Assembly (NCBI GenBank): GCA_002104945.1
Contig: MCFH01000006.1
Coordinates: 1 to 64,000, forward strand
Direction of reading: 5' to 3'
Origin: Piromyces finnis finn
Lineage: Eukaryota > Fungi > Neocallimastigomycota
Length of the DNA: 64,000 nucleotides
Shown piece after piece: positions 11,885 through 31,236 of this stretch (position 1 is the stretch's first letter; every line of letters begins with the position of its first letter). The translations under genes and the position numbers were made by a program. The notes under the pieces were generated by a model. That model was given only the letters and a program-made list of their open reading frames with translations, was not told where the DNA came from and searched no databases.

Positions 11885-12973
11885 AAGAAAGAAAGATATT
11901 TATTAAATGATTATTATTTATAATTTTAAAGTATTATTATTTTTATTATTTTTATTTTTTGCTTTTAAACGATATTTAAAAAAAAAAGTTTTTTCATTTT
12001 ATTTTTAGTTATCAAGAAGGTTCTTTTTCTTTTTGGGTATATACAAAATGAAATATATATATTTTGAAGAATTAAATAAAAAAGGATATTATAAAATAAT
12101 ATGGAATGCTATTATTTATATTTTATTATTATAAAACTCTTTTCGTAATTCTCTATTAAGATATATATATATTAATTTCTTATAGAGAAATAAGAAATAA
12201 ATTACTATACATTTTTATTGTTTTTGTTGAAATATTTTTTTTAAATATTTATTTCGGAGTTAACATATATCATTTAAAACAACAACAATATTAATAACAT
12301 TCTTTATTTTATTTTATTTTTCTTTACACTTTTTTTGTTTCAATGTTTAAAAAGTTTAGATATAAAATATTCAAAAAAGCTTAGCACTTATAAAAATTTA
12401 AATTTTAATTAAAAGAAATTTTATATTGGTCAAAAAATTAATATAAACATTTTAAAATTCATTTTAAAATTTCTTTTATTTTTTTTTTTTTAATTATCCA
12501 CATTATCATATGAAGAAATAGGAAATAGAGATTAAGTATTTATATATTATTTGATATTTATTTTACAATTTTATTTATATTCAATATTATTTTATAATCT
12601 TTTGGTTATAATATTCAATAAATTTTGTTAGCATTTTTGAAAAAAAAAAAAAAGAATATATATATAATTTAAATAATACTAATTTATTAATACTATGTTA
12701 TATATATATATATGAAAATTTTCTTTTCTTTCTTTCTTTCTTTTTTTTTTTTTTGATAATTAAATAAAAATAATATATGAAGCTTTAATCATGATAAAAC
12801 GGAATGTAATAGAAAAAGGGAGGAAAAAAAAAAAAAAAAACGAAAAATAATATTTTTATATGTAAATTTAATAATGAATTTAAATATTTATATAATAATC
12901 TAAAATACACTTGAGAAAATAATAATTATTATGATAATATTATGATAAATTAAATATTTCTCTTTGAATTAAA

Positions 12974-13687
12974 TTAGTTACATCTCTTTTCTACAATGGA
13001 TTTACCAATTTCTTCATATTCTTTTTTAGAAATCCATAATTGATGGAAAGTACCAAGAGAAGAAAGAATAGAACCTCCATTCCATACACTAAACTTTCTT
13101 TCAGATGTATTACCAGAAGTATGGATTCTTATTTTAATCTGTATATTTAAAAAGAAGAAAAAAGAAAAAAAATATTTAATTAAATTATTATTATTATTAC
13201 TTTCTTTTTTTTTTTTAATAAAACATAAAAAAATAATAAAATAACAATAATAAAAAAGAAACTTACGCCTGGGGCTAACATGCTAAGTTCATTATTTAAT
13301 CTATCCATAAGACCGTTAAACAAAGTATTACCACCAGTTAAAACAATATTACTGTATAGATTTGGGCGAATATCAACATCACATAAATTGATACTTCTGT
13401 AAATTAATTCATGCATACCTAATAGATTGGTAGTATCAATTGGTTCATTTGGATTCTGCCGTTTAAAAGAATAAATAAAAAAAAAGAAAGTGTTTCAACA
13501 TTACTATATTTGAACTAAATTATACTACTAATAATATACATTGAAATTAATTAATTACTTGAATAATAAATTCTCTTGGCTGTATTAAAATTTCAGGGAT
13601 CTTGAAACGCTCAATACCAAACGAATTGTTATAACCATTAGGAAATTCGTAACATTTTAATGGTCTTTGTTTTAATAAACTAATTTT

Positions 13688-13726
<39 letters not shown>

Positions 13727-15282
13727 TAGCATTTATTTAAATTTATAAATATACATTTATGTATTATTAATATTATATTAGTTATAATTTTAGTTTTGTA
13801 TTTATTCACTTACCCTTCCCTATATGAATGTTCTGAAACTTGACAAATTGTTTCTTTAAATTCGTGCATTACTTGCTTTTTTATTTTTTGAATTAAACAA
13901 AATGATAATTGTTAATTAAACCAAGTTTTAATATTTTTTTCTAAAAATTTTTTTTTTATATTATTATTTAAACAGATATTATTTTCATTTAGTAATATTC
14001 ATAATACATACATTCATAGCATATTGATGGAAAGATGGTGTTGTATTTGGACGATTATATTCTATGAAATTTGGTAGAACACCTGCATCTACAGCATTCT
14101 TCTTTTTAATTTTATATCTTGGAGTAATATTTATATTGTAGAGTGATTCAATGAGAGTAGCAGCTTGTTGAGACAAAAAATCACCACCAAAGTTTTGTTT
14201 TATAATACCTTTTTTAAGTACATAACCATCAGATACTGGGACAGCACTAGTGGTACCACCACCAGAATCAAGAATTAAACCAGTTGAACGACCAGAAGAA
14301 AAACTAAATATATCAAATAAATAATAATAGTAATAGTTAATAAAAAATGTAGTATCATGTTAATAATGAGCATTGTTTATGATATCAATGAATACTATAT
14401 TAATATCATATATGTTATTATATTTTTTGTATAATACATATTAAAAATAAAAAAAAAAAAAAAAAAAATAAATATTATTATTATTTTTTTTTATTATATA
14501 TTTACGCAGATAAAACGGCATCTTTAGCAACATAGAAAGCTTGAACTTGATATTTTTCAAAAGCTAATTCTGTTAATTTTTCACGAATATTACGGGTATT
14601 CCATGAACTTTCAGAAACGAATAAAGGATGTTCAGAAGGATCAATCATTAAACCTTCATTAAATATATAATCCCATAAAGATTCTAAAGTATCCCAATCC
14701 TCAACTTTAAATTTTAATTTATTAAAATGTCATGATGAAATTTTATTTTACATTTTAATTTAAACCAATTCGTTTATAACATAAATATAAATAGATTAAA
14801 CAATTAATATAGAAAAAAAAAAAAAAATTATTAATTGAATTGTAGAATTAAAATGAAATTTCTTTCTTTCTTTTTTTTTTTTTCTTTTTCTTTTTTATAT
14901 TATAATTAATAATATTTGTTGGATATTAATTATGAAAAATAAATCTATATTTCATATGGATAGTTAAAAACTTACTTAATCCGTTTTTTAATGGATTTTT
15001 TAATTCCATATTTTCTCTCCAACAATTTATTTGTCCATCTCCAATGTACTTTTTATTCTTTTTGGAAGAAGAATTGATTGAATTTCCTGTATCAGCATTT
15101 ACCATAGTTACATCAACATCACCTTCAATTTTATTTTCTTTACTTTCATTTTCTACAATTGAACCGACATATGAAGGTATGATAACTTTTGGACTGTCTT
15201 CACCAGACCAACCAGCTTTTGATAATGATGATCCTATATCTAAAACAATTGCTGAAATTTCATCACCCCCGTAGGCTGTCAT
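12974..15282 (-). CDS. ARP4: Actin-related protein Arp4 (BAF53/ACTL6-type), multi-exon
   Basis: [95 protein letters not shown]. Confidence 0.92.
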
Positions 15283-16026
15283 TTTTAAATAATATCAAAT
15301 TCTATTGATTTTTTATATATATACTTAATAATTTAAATTTTCAATATAAATGATTTTATATTTCAAATAGTAAATGAATTGATGGAATTAAAATTGAAAT
15401 TTTATTTAATAGTAAATTTAAAAAGAATTATATATTAATAATTATTAATTTGTTAATAAAATAAGAAGATATATAAAAAAGTTTCTAGAAATTTATGTTA
15501 ATAAAATTATTAATTAATATTTCTGCAATAAAGTAAAATCTATTACTCTTGAATTTAGAAATTCTTCAATATTTGATAATTATTTCTTTTTATTTTTAAA
15601 AAAAAAAATTTATATTTTAAAAAATTATTTCAATAAATTCTAATTTTTATAATAAAAAAAGATTTTTAAAAATTTTATATTTTCATTAATTAGAAATATT
15701 AAACATATAAAAATAATTAAAAAGGATATATATATTATATATAGAATATATATAATGATATATAAGTTATATCATTTATATTTGTATAATTGCATTTTTA
15801 TTCAATATTAATTATAAATCTTTTCATTTTACAAGGTTTTTTTTTAATTTATACATTATTATAAAAATTGAAAAGAAGTATCAAAATTTTGGTGAATATT
15901 TTAAATTAAATATTATTAAAGAAAGTAATAATAAAAATAAAATAAAAATTTACATATTATTGTTATGATGCTTGTTTACTAATTGAAATAAATAATTATA
16001 GTTTATATTAAATAAAATAAATCTAA

Positions 16027-16095
<69 letters not shown>
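16027..16095. repeat. (AAT)n microsatellite
   Basis: Perfect trinucleotide run. Confidence 0.95.
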
Positions 16096-16647
16096 CTATA
16101 TAAAAGAAAAGTTTCTAATTAATTTTAAGAGAACTTTTTTTTTTTTTATAAATAAATAATAAATATGCATTTAAATATTTAAATAAAAGATAACAAACAA
16201 AATATATATATATATAAGATTTTAAAAGTATTAAATAATATATGATACAACTGCAATGATGAATTTTTTTTTTTATTTATTGGTATTTATATTATAATTT
16301 TCGAATTTATATCGGTGGTATTGGAATAAATATAAATTGTATATTAGAAACTAATATTTAACTCAATAGTGTTAAATGTCCTGTAAATAGTATCTATTGT
16401 TTTTTTTGTTTTGCTTCTAAATTATTGCTTTTTACTTATTCTTAAATTATTATAAATGTAATATGAAAATTATGATTTAATTGTATTAATAAGTTCGTGA
16501 TAACGATAATTTTCCATAAAAGAAACAAAATTTAGTGATTACTGTTAAATATTGAAAATAAATAAATAAATAGTAATAGTGTGGTTTTAACGATTTCTTT
16601 TTTTTTTTTTTTTTAATTTACTGTTGCAAAAATTTTCAATCTTCCCC

Positions 16648-19450
<2,803 letters not shown>

Positions 19451-20121
19451 TTTTAAATATTATTTTATCACTTTTTAATACTAAATTGATATGTATATGT
19501 TTTTTAAAGTATATATTAAATAATTAGCAAATAGTATATATGTAGAGATAAAATAATTAAATAGAGTAAAATCTTTTATTTTTATTGTATATATGTTCAT
19601 ATACTGGAGTGTTTCTACAAAAATAATTTTTATTTATTTAAATAATAAAATAGTTTTACTAATGTATATAATAATTTCAATTAACTAATTTTATTATTGG
19701 TTGTGTTTTATATTAGAATTGAAAAAAAATAATTAATGATAACTATATTTCTTAAAAGAACGAAATGAAATATAAAGTATCATAAAATGCCTTTTTTATA
19801 TGTTAAAATTAAGAAAAAAAAAAAATTGCATTTATAATATTAGTACAAATTTATATTTCCACATATAAAATTGTTATGTGTTTTATAATATGCATATACT
19901 TTTGTATTTAAATTTTATTTCGTAATAACATTCAATTATAAAATACATGTTCTACAATTGCCCTTGCTGAATATTAATACATAATAAGATATCTTATTGA
20001 AATATAGATGGTATATATATATATATAAAAAAAAAGAGTAAATAAAGAAAACATTAAATAATATACAGTTATTAACTTACTCTTACTTTTCCAAAAATTT
20101 CGTGTTATTTTTAACTACTAT

Positions 20122-20160
<39 letters not shown>

Positions 20161-23100
20161 CTTTGAGTTCAACCTTAATAATATGTTTCTTTTAGCTTCC
20201 CAAAATTTTAATTCTTAAATTTATAATATGAATTAAGAGACTTTTATTATATGTGTAATTTTTTGTTATTATTATCTTTTTTATTTTTGAATTGGTATTT
20301 TTTTTTTTTTTTTCACAGTAGTGTATTATTAAAATTAATATTATGTAACAATTTAAAGTTTAAAAAATATTTTGTAACATTAAGTTTTTTTTTCTTATTA
20401 TTCTTCGTTATCAATTATACATTTATTAAATTGATTTTTTAACGCTAAATAAAATACTCGTTTCTTTTTTCTTTTTTTTTTATCTTTTATTTTTATTTAT
20501 ATACTTTTATTATAATCAATTTATTCAACAAATAAAAATAAAATAAAAAAAAAAAAAAAACAAATTAAATATTATGTATTCCTCTTTGTTATATATAAGA
20601 TAAAAATGAAAAAAAAAAAAAAATAATAATAAAAATAAAGAAATAAATGAATAGATAAATATTAATTAGATAAATTTCTTTTGATTTCTTTTATTTCACT
20701 ATTAATATTTCTTTTTTTAACATTTGATTTATTTAAATGAATATTTATTCATTCATTCATATATATTAAATATTAATTTTTTTTCATAATATAAAAATTA
20801 TTAATTAAATTAAATTAAAAAGTATAAAATCAATATATAAAAATATATGCTATTAAGTATTTCAATAAATGATGTTAATTATTTTTAATATAAAGATCAT
20901 ATAATATAATTACAATTTTATTTTTTTTAACTTAATTCATAAATCAAAAAAAAAATAATATATTTAAAAATGTGATATGAAAAATGATTTTCATTTCAAA
21001 TATTTTAATATTTATTTAATAAAAATATAAAACGTGGCCAATTAATTTAAAATTTATATAATAGTATTTAATGATTAATATAAAGACATACTTATAGATA
21101 ATAATTATAGTGGCTTTTATAATAATTAAAAAAAGTTTTACAGCATATTTAAACTCTGAAATTCAGTACATTATTATTTAATGTTTATTTTTTATAATGT
21201 TAAAAACACTTGCAAATTATGAATATTCGAGGTTGATATGATGTTATATTTTTTTTATTATATTAATAATAATTCATTAATATATAATTGAATAATCGGA
21301 AATGAAATTTCGAAGGATTAGGAGTAAAGTTATTGAATTAATCCTATGTCAAATTTTGAATGGATTACATATATTAACAATACTTGTAATATATTTATTT
21401 ATATTTATTTAATAGCTATTGAATATGTTTTACTAATATATTAGTTTATATTAATAAAAAATATTTTCAAATTTAACCTCAAATTATTAAAACGTGTATC
21501 ATTAATTAATTCTAATGGAAATATAAAATAAAGGGTTAAAAGCTAAAACTTAAACTCGATAAAGTTAAATAATATCATTACTGAATGTTGACATTTTACA
21601 GTAGAAAAAGAGTTTGAGTTTAAATAAATATTACTCAATTTTAATATTTAGATTAACTAATAATTTTTAACCGTATCTTATCTATTAAATTAATGAAATA
21701 ATTATAATAAAATTTCAACTCCGAAATAAGATTTTGGGGTACAGTATAGTTGACTACCATATAAATTGTTTTACATTATAATAATTTCTATATTATATTG
21801 AAGTATATTAAGATTTTGAACTTAATTTCAAGGTACAATTGAAGTATTAATCAGAATCCTGAACATATGTTTTTATAATATGGAAAATATCGATATTTAA
21901 ATATAATTTAATTTATATAATTATTTTAAATATTAATAAAATTATTTTATATGATCTAGTAATCTAATAATACAATATATAATTTTTAATATTATGTTTT
22001 TAAAATTGAAATGCTTATCAAACATATTCAATAATTATAATACTTTTACTCTAATTACAACGGATTATAATTAAATGTGGACCATGCTCTGTCTAATCGT
22101 TCATTCACATAATAATCACTTGAATATATTAAATGCAGTCTTTAATATAGTATTTTATATGACTTACATTAATATCGAATATATTAATAGAAGTTGATTA
22201 TTAAAACATTCTTCGTATATTCTACATTGTATACATTCTTCCATCATTAAAATTTATACTACTAAAAATAATAATAATACCAATATTACATTTAAATCTC
22301 ATTAATTTTGATATTTAAATATTTTAAAATATATATTAAATTATTATTATTATTATCGTATATGTTTTTACTATAATATAGGATATTTACTTAATATTTA
22401 TTCATAAATTAAGCTTTTTTTAATATTTTTTTATTATTATTTTTATTTACTAGTTTTTTTTTTCAAATTTGTTTAATAATTCATCTTTTTTAATAATTTC
22501 TCTTGATACAAATTGAGCTATATTTGAAAAAAGACAAATATTTTTGTTTTTAATAATTATTATTTTAGTATATATAATAATATTATTTAATAAATATAAT
22601 AATAATAATAATAATAAATATTAAAAAATATCAGTAAATCTTCAATGCTACTAGTAAATATCATATTATTATTAATTATAAAAGTCATAAATAGGTCACA
22701 GGTTTCAAGTTTTTTTTTTATTTATAATAAAATTAATAAAATTTAAATATTTAAGTAAACATAATAGCAACAAAAAAAAACATCTTTAATATATTTGTAT
22801 AAAGGCAATTATATTTTTATTATTAGTATTATTAAATAAATTTATTAACAATAATTATTATTACATCTACTGCATTTTTTTTTTTTTTTTTTTTTTTGAA
22901 ATGATGGTTTTAATGATAATTGTATATGATTTTTTCGTTATATTATATTATAATATATAATATAATATAAATATATATTATTTAACATAAAAAAAGTATT
23001 ATTAAATTACTAAGATTCATGAATAAATAAATAATAATAATTCTCTTCTTTTTTTTGTTTCTATTTTTACATTCTTTATAAATTAAATTTTTGTTCTCAC

Positions 23101-24663
23101 GATTCAAACAAAAAATGAATTAAATAATAAACAATTTCCTTTTATATATAAATTTAATATACGTGATCTTTGCCATAATTTTTCTTTGTTTTTTTAAAAA
23201 AAAATTAAATAATTTTAATTATTATAAAATTTATGAATAATTATTAAAGTTTAATATTTAGTTTTTTTTTCTTTGGCACATTTTTGTATAAAATAAATGT
23301 ATAATTAAAACAATTATTACTAGAAATAAATATACTAAAAGTAAATGCATACTTAAATAAATGTTAATAAAATAAAAACATAAATTACAATAATAGCAAT
23401 AATAATAAACAATATCCATCTTTTTTTTAAAAAAAAACAAGTATAAATAATAAAAGAAATGAAATATACTAATAATTAATCATGGTACTATCATTTTCAT
23501 AATCACTCTTATTAACTTATAATATATTTATATTATCATACAAAATCATACAAAATGATGATTTAATCATCAATTATTATATATAACTTTATTAAACTGT
23601 TTTTCTTTTCCTTTATATATATACTATTATTATTTTCTTAAAGAAAAAAAAATCATAAGGCACAAGACTTAAAAATTATCTATTAATTTAATAAACTTGA
23701 AGCTAATCATACTTTTATACCATAATTATTATTTTAATTAAAATTAACACCTATAAATATTTTTTAGAATTTACTATTAAAATAAATTAATAATAGAAAA
23801 GAAAATAAATAAATAAGAAAAAGATTAATAAATTTTTAAAAATTTTTTTTGTATTATTTTTATTTTTATATATCAGGAAACAAAAGACTAATAATAATAA
23901 GAGTAATTTTTAAAAAGTAAAACAATAACATAGTATTATTATAATTCAACAGAAGAAAAAATACAAATAATATAATATTATAAAAGTAATAACTGATATT
24001 GAATTAAAAAATAATAATCATACTATTAATTATAAATTTAAATAAAAAGTTTATAAGAAAACTTAAAGAGAAATATATATATAAATATTAATACACAAGA
24101 AAAAAAAAAAGCTATTATTGCACTACTAGTTATATATATTTTTTCGCATCACAAAGTAAATAATAACTTTTGTTTTTTATAATATATATTATATTACCAT
24201 ATTTATTGGAATAAATAATATACTACATAATAATCCTTCAGAGTATTTTTGAATATAAAAGAGAATAATTTATTTTTAATTATAAAGAAATATTTAATAA
24301 TATACTTGATATTAAAAAGTTACACACACTGAAAATCAAATATAAAACAGAATTAATTATAATTATAATTAAATGTATATAATGTAAACTAATTAATGAA
24401 TTAGAATTATAAATATTAATAGTAAATGTAAAGGAAAAAAAAAGAGTGGAAGAAAAAGAGAATTTGAAGATTTATATATTGAATGAATTGAAATAAATTA
24501 TTTTGTTGATTTAATGTTATATGAACATTAACATTATAGAATAAGAGCAAGAAATACTATTAATATTGTATTATGTAACAAAAAATATTAATCTTATTGT
24601 TATTATTATTATTAATTTAATTATAATTATTAAATTATAATAATCAAAAAAAAGAAAAAAAAA

Positions 24664-25881
24664 ATGAGTTTTCGCGATTCACATTCATTTGGTAAATATT
24701 TATTATATATTTTAAAAAGCGTTGATATATGCTTTTTCAATATGATATCTAATATTCAATGTATATGTTTAATATTATTACTATAGAGGAACGTCAAGAA
24801 GAAGCCAAAAGAATAAGAGTATATAATAAATATGTATAATAATGTTTTACTAAAATTAATGAAAATAATTAATAATATTATAATATAAATCATTATTTAT
24901 CTTATTAAAAAAATAGGAAAAGTATCAAGATAGAATACCATGGTAAATATAATTACAATATATATAATTACATATATATGTATATAATAATAATAATTTT
25001 GAAACAATTTTATATCCAATGAACTATTTCATATCATTATTATATAACAGTATCGTTGAAAAAGCTGAAAAGAGTCAAATTCAAGATATTGATAAAAAGA
25101 AGTTTTTGGTAAGTTATTTATCATAAATTCGTTACAATTATATATAATATTATTTCTTTCATTCTTTCTTTTTTAAGATTAACATATAAAAATACTTTAT
25201 TATTAATAATAATAAAAGGTTCCTTCTAGTTTAACAGTTGGTAAGGAAAAGGAAATAATAAATATTTAATTTTAGAAAGATATAATAAATCGGAAAACTT
25301 TTAAATTATAATCCGATAATTTTTAACTTGAATTATAAAATATTGCTATAATAAATTAAATTATCATTTAATATATTATACGGATTTGAATAAATAAAAT
25401 ATTTTTTTTATTATAATAATAACTATTAATTTATTTTATTTTATTTTTTTTTAATATTTATATAAATTATTCAAAAAAAAAAAAAAAAGGACAATTTATG
25501 TATGTTATAAGGTAAGATTTTATTTTTTTTTTTTGAATATATATATATATCATAATATGCATATTATAAATATTAAGAATATCTTATTAACTTTTAATTT
25601 ATTCTTTTTTTTTTCATGTAATTAGAAAGAGACTTAAGCTTCAACCAGAAGAAGCAATTTTCTTATTTGTTAATGGTATTATTCCACCAGTTGCAAACTT
25701 AATGAGTGCAGTCTATGAAGAACATAAAGATGAAGATGTAATTCCTAATAATTTTTTTCTTTTCTTATTTCTTATTATTAAAAGTATAAGAAATTTATTT
25801 AATATTATTTGTTTATTTTATAATATATAGGGTTTTCTTTATATGACCTATTCTGGTGAAAGTACTTTTGGTGCAATTTAA
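24664..25881 (+). CDS. ATG8: Autophagy ubiquitin-like protein Atg8 (about 8 small exons)
   Basis: Spliced by eye: [80 protein letters not shown]...[24 protein letters not shown]. The conserved C-terminal Gly is present. Confidence 0.95.
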
Positions 25882-27005
25882 ATCAACATAATATTTCAAA
25901 AACAAATATATGAATTAAATCATAATTATTATTTCATGTTAATAATCTTTTATAATACATATATATTTAAAAATAATTAATTATAAAAAGAATTATTTTT
26001 CCATCTTATGTTTATATAATAATATAATATAATTCAAAACCAACATATATATATTTAAATTTATAAATTGTATATATTTAATTGTATCATTTTTTAAAAA
26101 AGCAAATAAAATGTATCTATCTATTTTAATTTTAATTTTAATAGATATGAATATTTTTATTAATTATGAATAAAACCAAAAATAAAAAATAAATATTAAA
26201 AAATGTATATTATATAAGAGGAAGAAAAAAGAAAATTCATTACTAAATGTTTTTTTTTCAAAATTTCACTTTTATTTTAGTTTAATTATTATGAGGTTAT
26301 ACAAATTGTTAGTTTCTTTTTTTTTTTTAAATATATATAATTCTTAATTTTAATAATGATGAATAGTTAAATAAATTCAAAAAAAATATTTAAACTATAG
26401 GTAAAGTATTATGTTTGAAAGAAAAGAGAAGGGAACTTCGTTTCCCGGAGCATTGTCTGTAAAACCTAATACTTACATTCTATATATATACATATATCAA
26501 TACATAAAAAAAAATATATTATAATGAAATAATAAACAAAGGGTAAGGAAAAAATGATATATTATATTAAATAGAATAAAATGGAATAATATGGCATTGA
26601 ATGTAATTAACAATATATACATTATACATCATAGAAAGTTTTAAAAACTAGATATTCATTTTATATATATATTATTATATATTTATAAATTGATCTTAAC
26701 ATGGACACCATCCACCCCAACTAAACAGCATCCATTTATTTTTATAATTTTACCTGCAACTCTTTCATGTTTTTATTTCATTTTAATTATTATGAGGTTA
26801 CACAAATTGTTAATTAATTTCTTTTTTTTAAGATTTTAAAATTTTAATTTTAATTAAAAAATGGTTTTTATTATTATTTTTAATTAATAATTAAAATAAT
26901 TATTCAAACTGTAGTTTTAATTTAAATAGTAATAGTATTTTTTTTTTAAAAAAAAAAAAAGAAAATTTTAAAATTTCCTTTTTATATACATATAAATATT
27001 TAAAA

Positions 27006-27689
27006 ATGTCAAGTCAAGGAGCTTTATTACAAAATTATAATAACGATATAATATTATGTAGGTGATATTAATTTAATTAACAATAAGAAAAAAAACATTA
27101 ATAATTAAATGAAAAATGATGAAAAAAAAAAAAAAAAAACCTTTTTATTTATATATATATATATATAATATCATTTCAACAAATATTCTTTATATTAGGT
27201 ATTGAAAAGCTAAAAAAGCAAAGAGAAGTAATATGTCAGCAAATTTTAAAAGAAGAAGAATCAAAAAAAAAGATGGAAAATGAAATAGCTATTTTGTCTT
27301 CTAAACTTAATGCTTTACAAGAATCACTGAATAAAAAAACAAAAGCAAAAATGGAATATGACCAACTTATACAACAAACAGAAAATGCTTTTACAAAAGT
27401 ATAATTAAATATTTTTATTGCTAATAACATTATTATTACTATTATATTATTCATTTGTTTTATAAAAAATTTTATTCAACCAGATTTCTAAAAGAATCTA
27501 TTTTTTTTTTTTTTTTTTTTTTTTATAAAAAAAAATACATTACTACATTGCTAATGATAATATTATTATTTATTATTACTATTGTTATTAATATAAAATA
27601 TTATTATAATAAAGATATTGGAAAGTTCACATACTTTATTAAAAATGTTAACTAAAGAAGGAGATTCATTAAATGGATATTTACAATAA
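27006..27689 (+). CDS. SSNA1: SSNA1/NA14/DIP13 centriole and basal-body coiled-coil protein (3 exons)
   Basis: MSSQGALLQNYNNDIILCIEKLKKQRE...YDQLIQQTENAFTKILESSHTLL matches the SSNA1 family pattern, consistent with a zoosporic fungus. Confidence 0.9.
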
Positions 27690-28153
27690 AAAACAATTAT
27701 TTAGTTTATTACCTATCAATTAACACTTCTGTAGCCTAAAATACACCATACTATTCATTATTACATAATTAATGAACATTCACTTTTATTCTCAATAATA
27801 CTATTTCTATTTAAAAAAAACAAAACAATACTCTAAATGACTAATAAATTTATTATATATTATTATATCAGACTTTTTTTTTTCATTATTATTAAAGAAA
27901 ATTCAGTTAAATTTAATTAAACAAAATAAAATTTAAAAAATATATATATTATTAACTCTTTGATTTCAACTAAATCAATTTTCTAGAAATATATATTATT
28001 ATATATTTAATTACCTTGTATATATATATATACCATTAATTTCAAATATCAACAAATAAATTGAAATTTCAAACATTTGTAAAATAAATTTAATTCAAAA
28101 TGTCTTCATGTATGAAGTATTTATACACAAAAATAATAATTATTTTTATAATT

Positions 28154-28499
<346 letters not shown>

Positions 28500-28719
28500 G
28501 GAATCGAGATTATTATATATATATTGACAGAATTATATAATATTTTATTCTATTATTATTTATTTTTTTATATTTATTATTATATATATATATATATCTT
28601 TATTATTATTATATTTATTTTACATTAATTTTCTTTTTTCTTTTTTTTTTTTTCTCTCACCCTCTCTTTCTTTTTTATATAAATATCAATTTTAATTTTA
28701 ATTTTTTTTTCTATTTACT

Positions 28720-31236
28720 TCAAAGTTCTTTTTTCTCAGTTTTAGTTTGAATTTCTTCTTTTTGATGTTGATACATTTCATATAAAATTGAATTTAATGT
28801 TTTTTTGAATTGGTCAAATCCAAATTTATTAAAAACATATTCTTTAGCATAGGTTGGCATATCAGCAACATTAATTTGATATTTAGTACTTGTTGATTTC
28901 TCTGGATAAAGAATAGCATAAGATGCTTCTGCTAATTCTTTTTCATCTGAAGGACAAAGGAAACCGGTTTTACCTGGAACAACACTTTCTTTTGGACCAC
29001 CACTATTAATAGCAATAACTGGAAGACCTGAATACATAGCTTCTACTGGAACAATACCAAAATGTTCATTAGTTGGAGTATAAAGTAAGCAATTAGAATG
29101 CTTTAAAAGATAAGTTCGTTGATTTTCACTAAAGGAAAGAAGGAAGATAATATTAGCATCTTTTTTAATTTCATTCTTTTTCATAGAATTTGGCCATATT
29201 GTTTGATAAGTAAAATTATTAGCTTTTGCAATTTCTTCTAATTCTTTATGATATTCAACATTTTCTGAATTTAAAAGATCATATCCACCAGCAATCACTA
29301 ATCTAATATTTTTAAATTCGTCCTCTGAACATTTTTCTTTTAATTCTTTAAAGGTTTTAATATTTAATCCCAAGTTCTTTTTTTTTTCAAAACGATTAAT
29401 GGAAAGAAGAGTAATTTTGTCACTTTTATATAATAACATTCGTATAAAACAACATTCAAAATACCATATAATTATAAATTAATAACAATAATAATTTTAT
29501 AAACTAATTATTAAATAATTATAATAAATACACTCATGACTCATGATATTTTACCTTTTTAATAAATCAAGGCTTTTATCTGATTCATCAATATCTTTTT
29601 CATATTCTTTAGTATTGATACTTGGATATAAAACTTCTGGAATAATATCAATTTTTGTAAAAGTTTCTTTAAAAATTGAACGAGTAAACTGACTATTAAC
29701 AAGAATTTTATCAGCCATCTCTAAAATTTTTTTAATATTTAAAAAAATAATAAATAAAAAAAAAAATGAAATAATAAAATTTAATAATTTTTCTTTCTTT
29801 ATATACATATATGTAAATATAGTTCAAAGTATTATTAATTAAACTAAACAACAATAATAATAAAATATTACTTGTTGAATATTCTTCAAGTAAATCAAAT
29901 GGAATACGATATAATTTTTTTATTGTTGAATTTCTTGAAGCCAACTTCATATCTGGGAAATGACAATAAAATAAAATCTGTAGTTAAAAAAAAAAAATAT
30001 TGATAATAACTTAACAATTATTTTATAGTTAATAGTTAAATAAATATATAATTAATGGAAATACCTTTGATTTTGTAAATTTTAAAATAGGAATATAAGT
30101 AGCTAATTGATCAGCAATAATAATATCATATTCATTTCTTTTATTAAAAAGAAGATAAAGAGAAAGATATAATCCTCTTAATATAGCACAAATAATATGT
30201 CCATAACCAAAAATGGATTGAGGTAAGAAATCACCTTGAACATTAACAGTTAAATCATCTTTTTGTATATAGAAATATGTGTGTATGATAGATATTTTTA
30301 AAAGTTTTAATACGACATGATATAAAATAGCATTGAAGAAAAATAATCATAAATAAAATGCTTTAAATAGGTTTATTAAAAAAAGAATATTTAATTTCAT
30401 AAATTTTGAAATTTAATTATATATTATAAATGTGTAATATATGTATGTATTTAGTATTTTTCTCATATAATTGATATTGTTTATATATAGATTTGTTTTT
30501 AATACTATCATTGGTAACATTTTGTAATTATGAATGATTTAAAAATTTGAATTTCAAATCAATTCTAAGTATAATACATTAATACATATTTGAGATTTCT
30601 TTATCTTTATAATTTCTTTTTATTACAATTTTCCATTAATGTCATTAATATATAATTATTACAGATATTATAATTAATTTTAATTATTACTAATTATTGT
30701 TATTATTGTTGTCATTATTCATTGATTTTATTCAATTATATTTTTGAATTCAAATTGAAAATTCATTAAAATTGGAAATGAGAAAGTAGCATTTCGAAAT
30801 TTAAATTATAATTTTATTTGCTAATTAAATTATAGTATATATCAAATTAAATTATCAATATATTTATTTTTTATTTTTTTTGAATTTCTTTGGTGAATAA
30901 CATTTAAAAATTGTTTTACTTTTTGTTTTATCATTGATGTACGCCCTCATAATTGATATTATGATTGTTTTCTCAAAATTAATTTTAAAAATTTGGTATA
31001 ACTAATAACCATTTTCTTTTTAGTGAAATTTTAAATAAAAAAAATAAAATAAAAAAATATAAACCTAAAGTTTCTTTAAAACAATGAGTTTTATCATGAT
31101 GTGAGGTATACATAGTAACTTCATGACCAGAATTCTTTAAAGCCATACCAGCATCGACAATTAATCTTTCGGCACCACCAATACCTAAATCTGGGTGAAC
31201 AAAAGCTATTTTCAATTTTTTTTGTTCTAATTCCAT
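28720..31236 (-). CDS. ALG2: Alpha-1,3/1,6-mannosyltransferase Alg2 (GT4), multi-exon
   Basis: [74 protein letters not shown]. Confidence 0.95.

Noticed and set aside
20123-20158. Long poly(A) runs (also 11846-11881) as retroposon tails
   Set aside because: There is no adjacent element sequence or TSD, and homopolymer runs are ubiquitous here.
21020-22260. Moderately complex intergenic stretch that might be a decayed gene or transposon
   Set aside because: No sustained reading frame, recognisable motif or terminal repeats were found.
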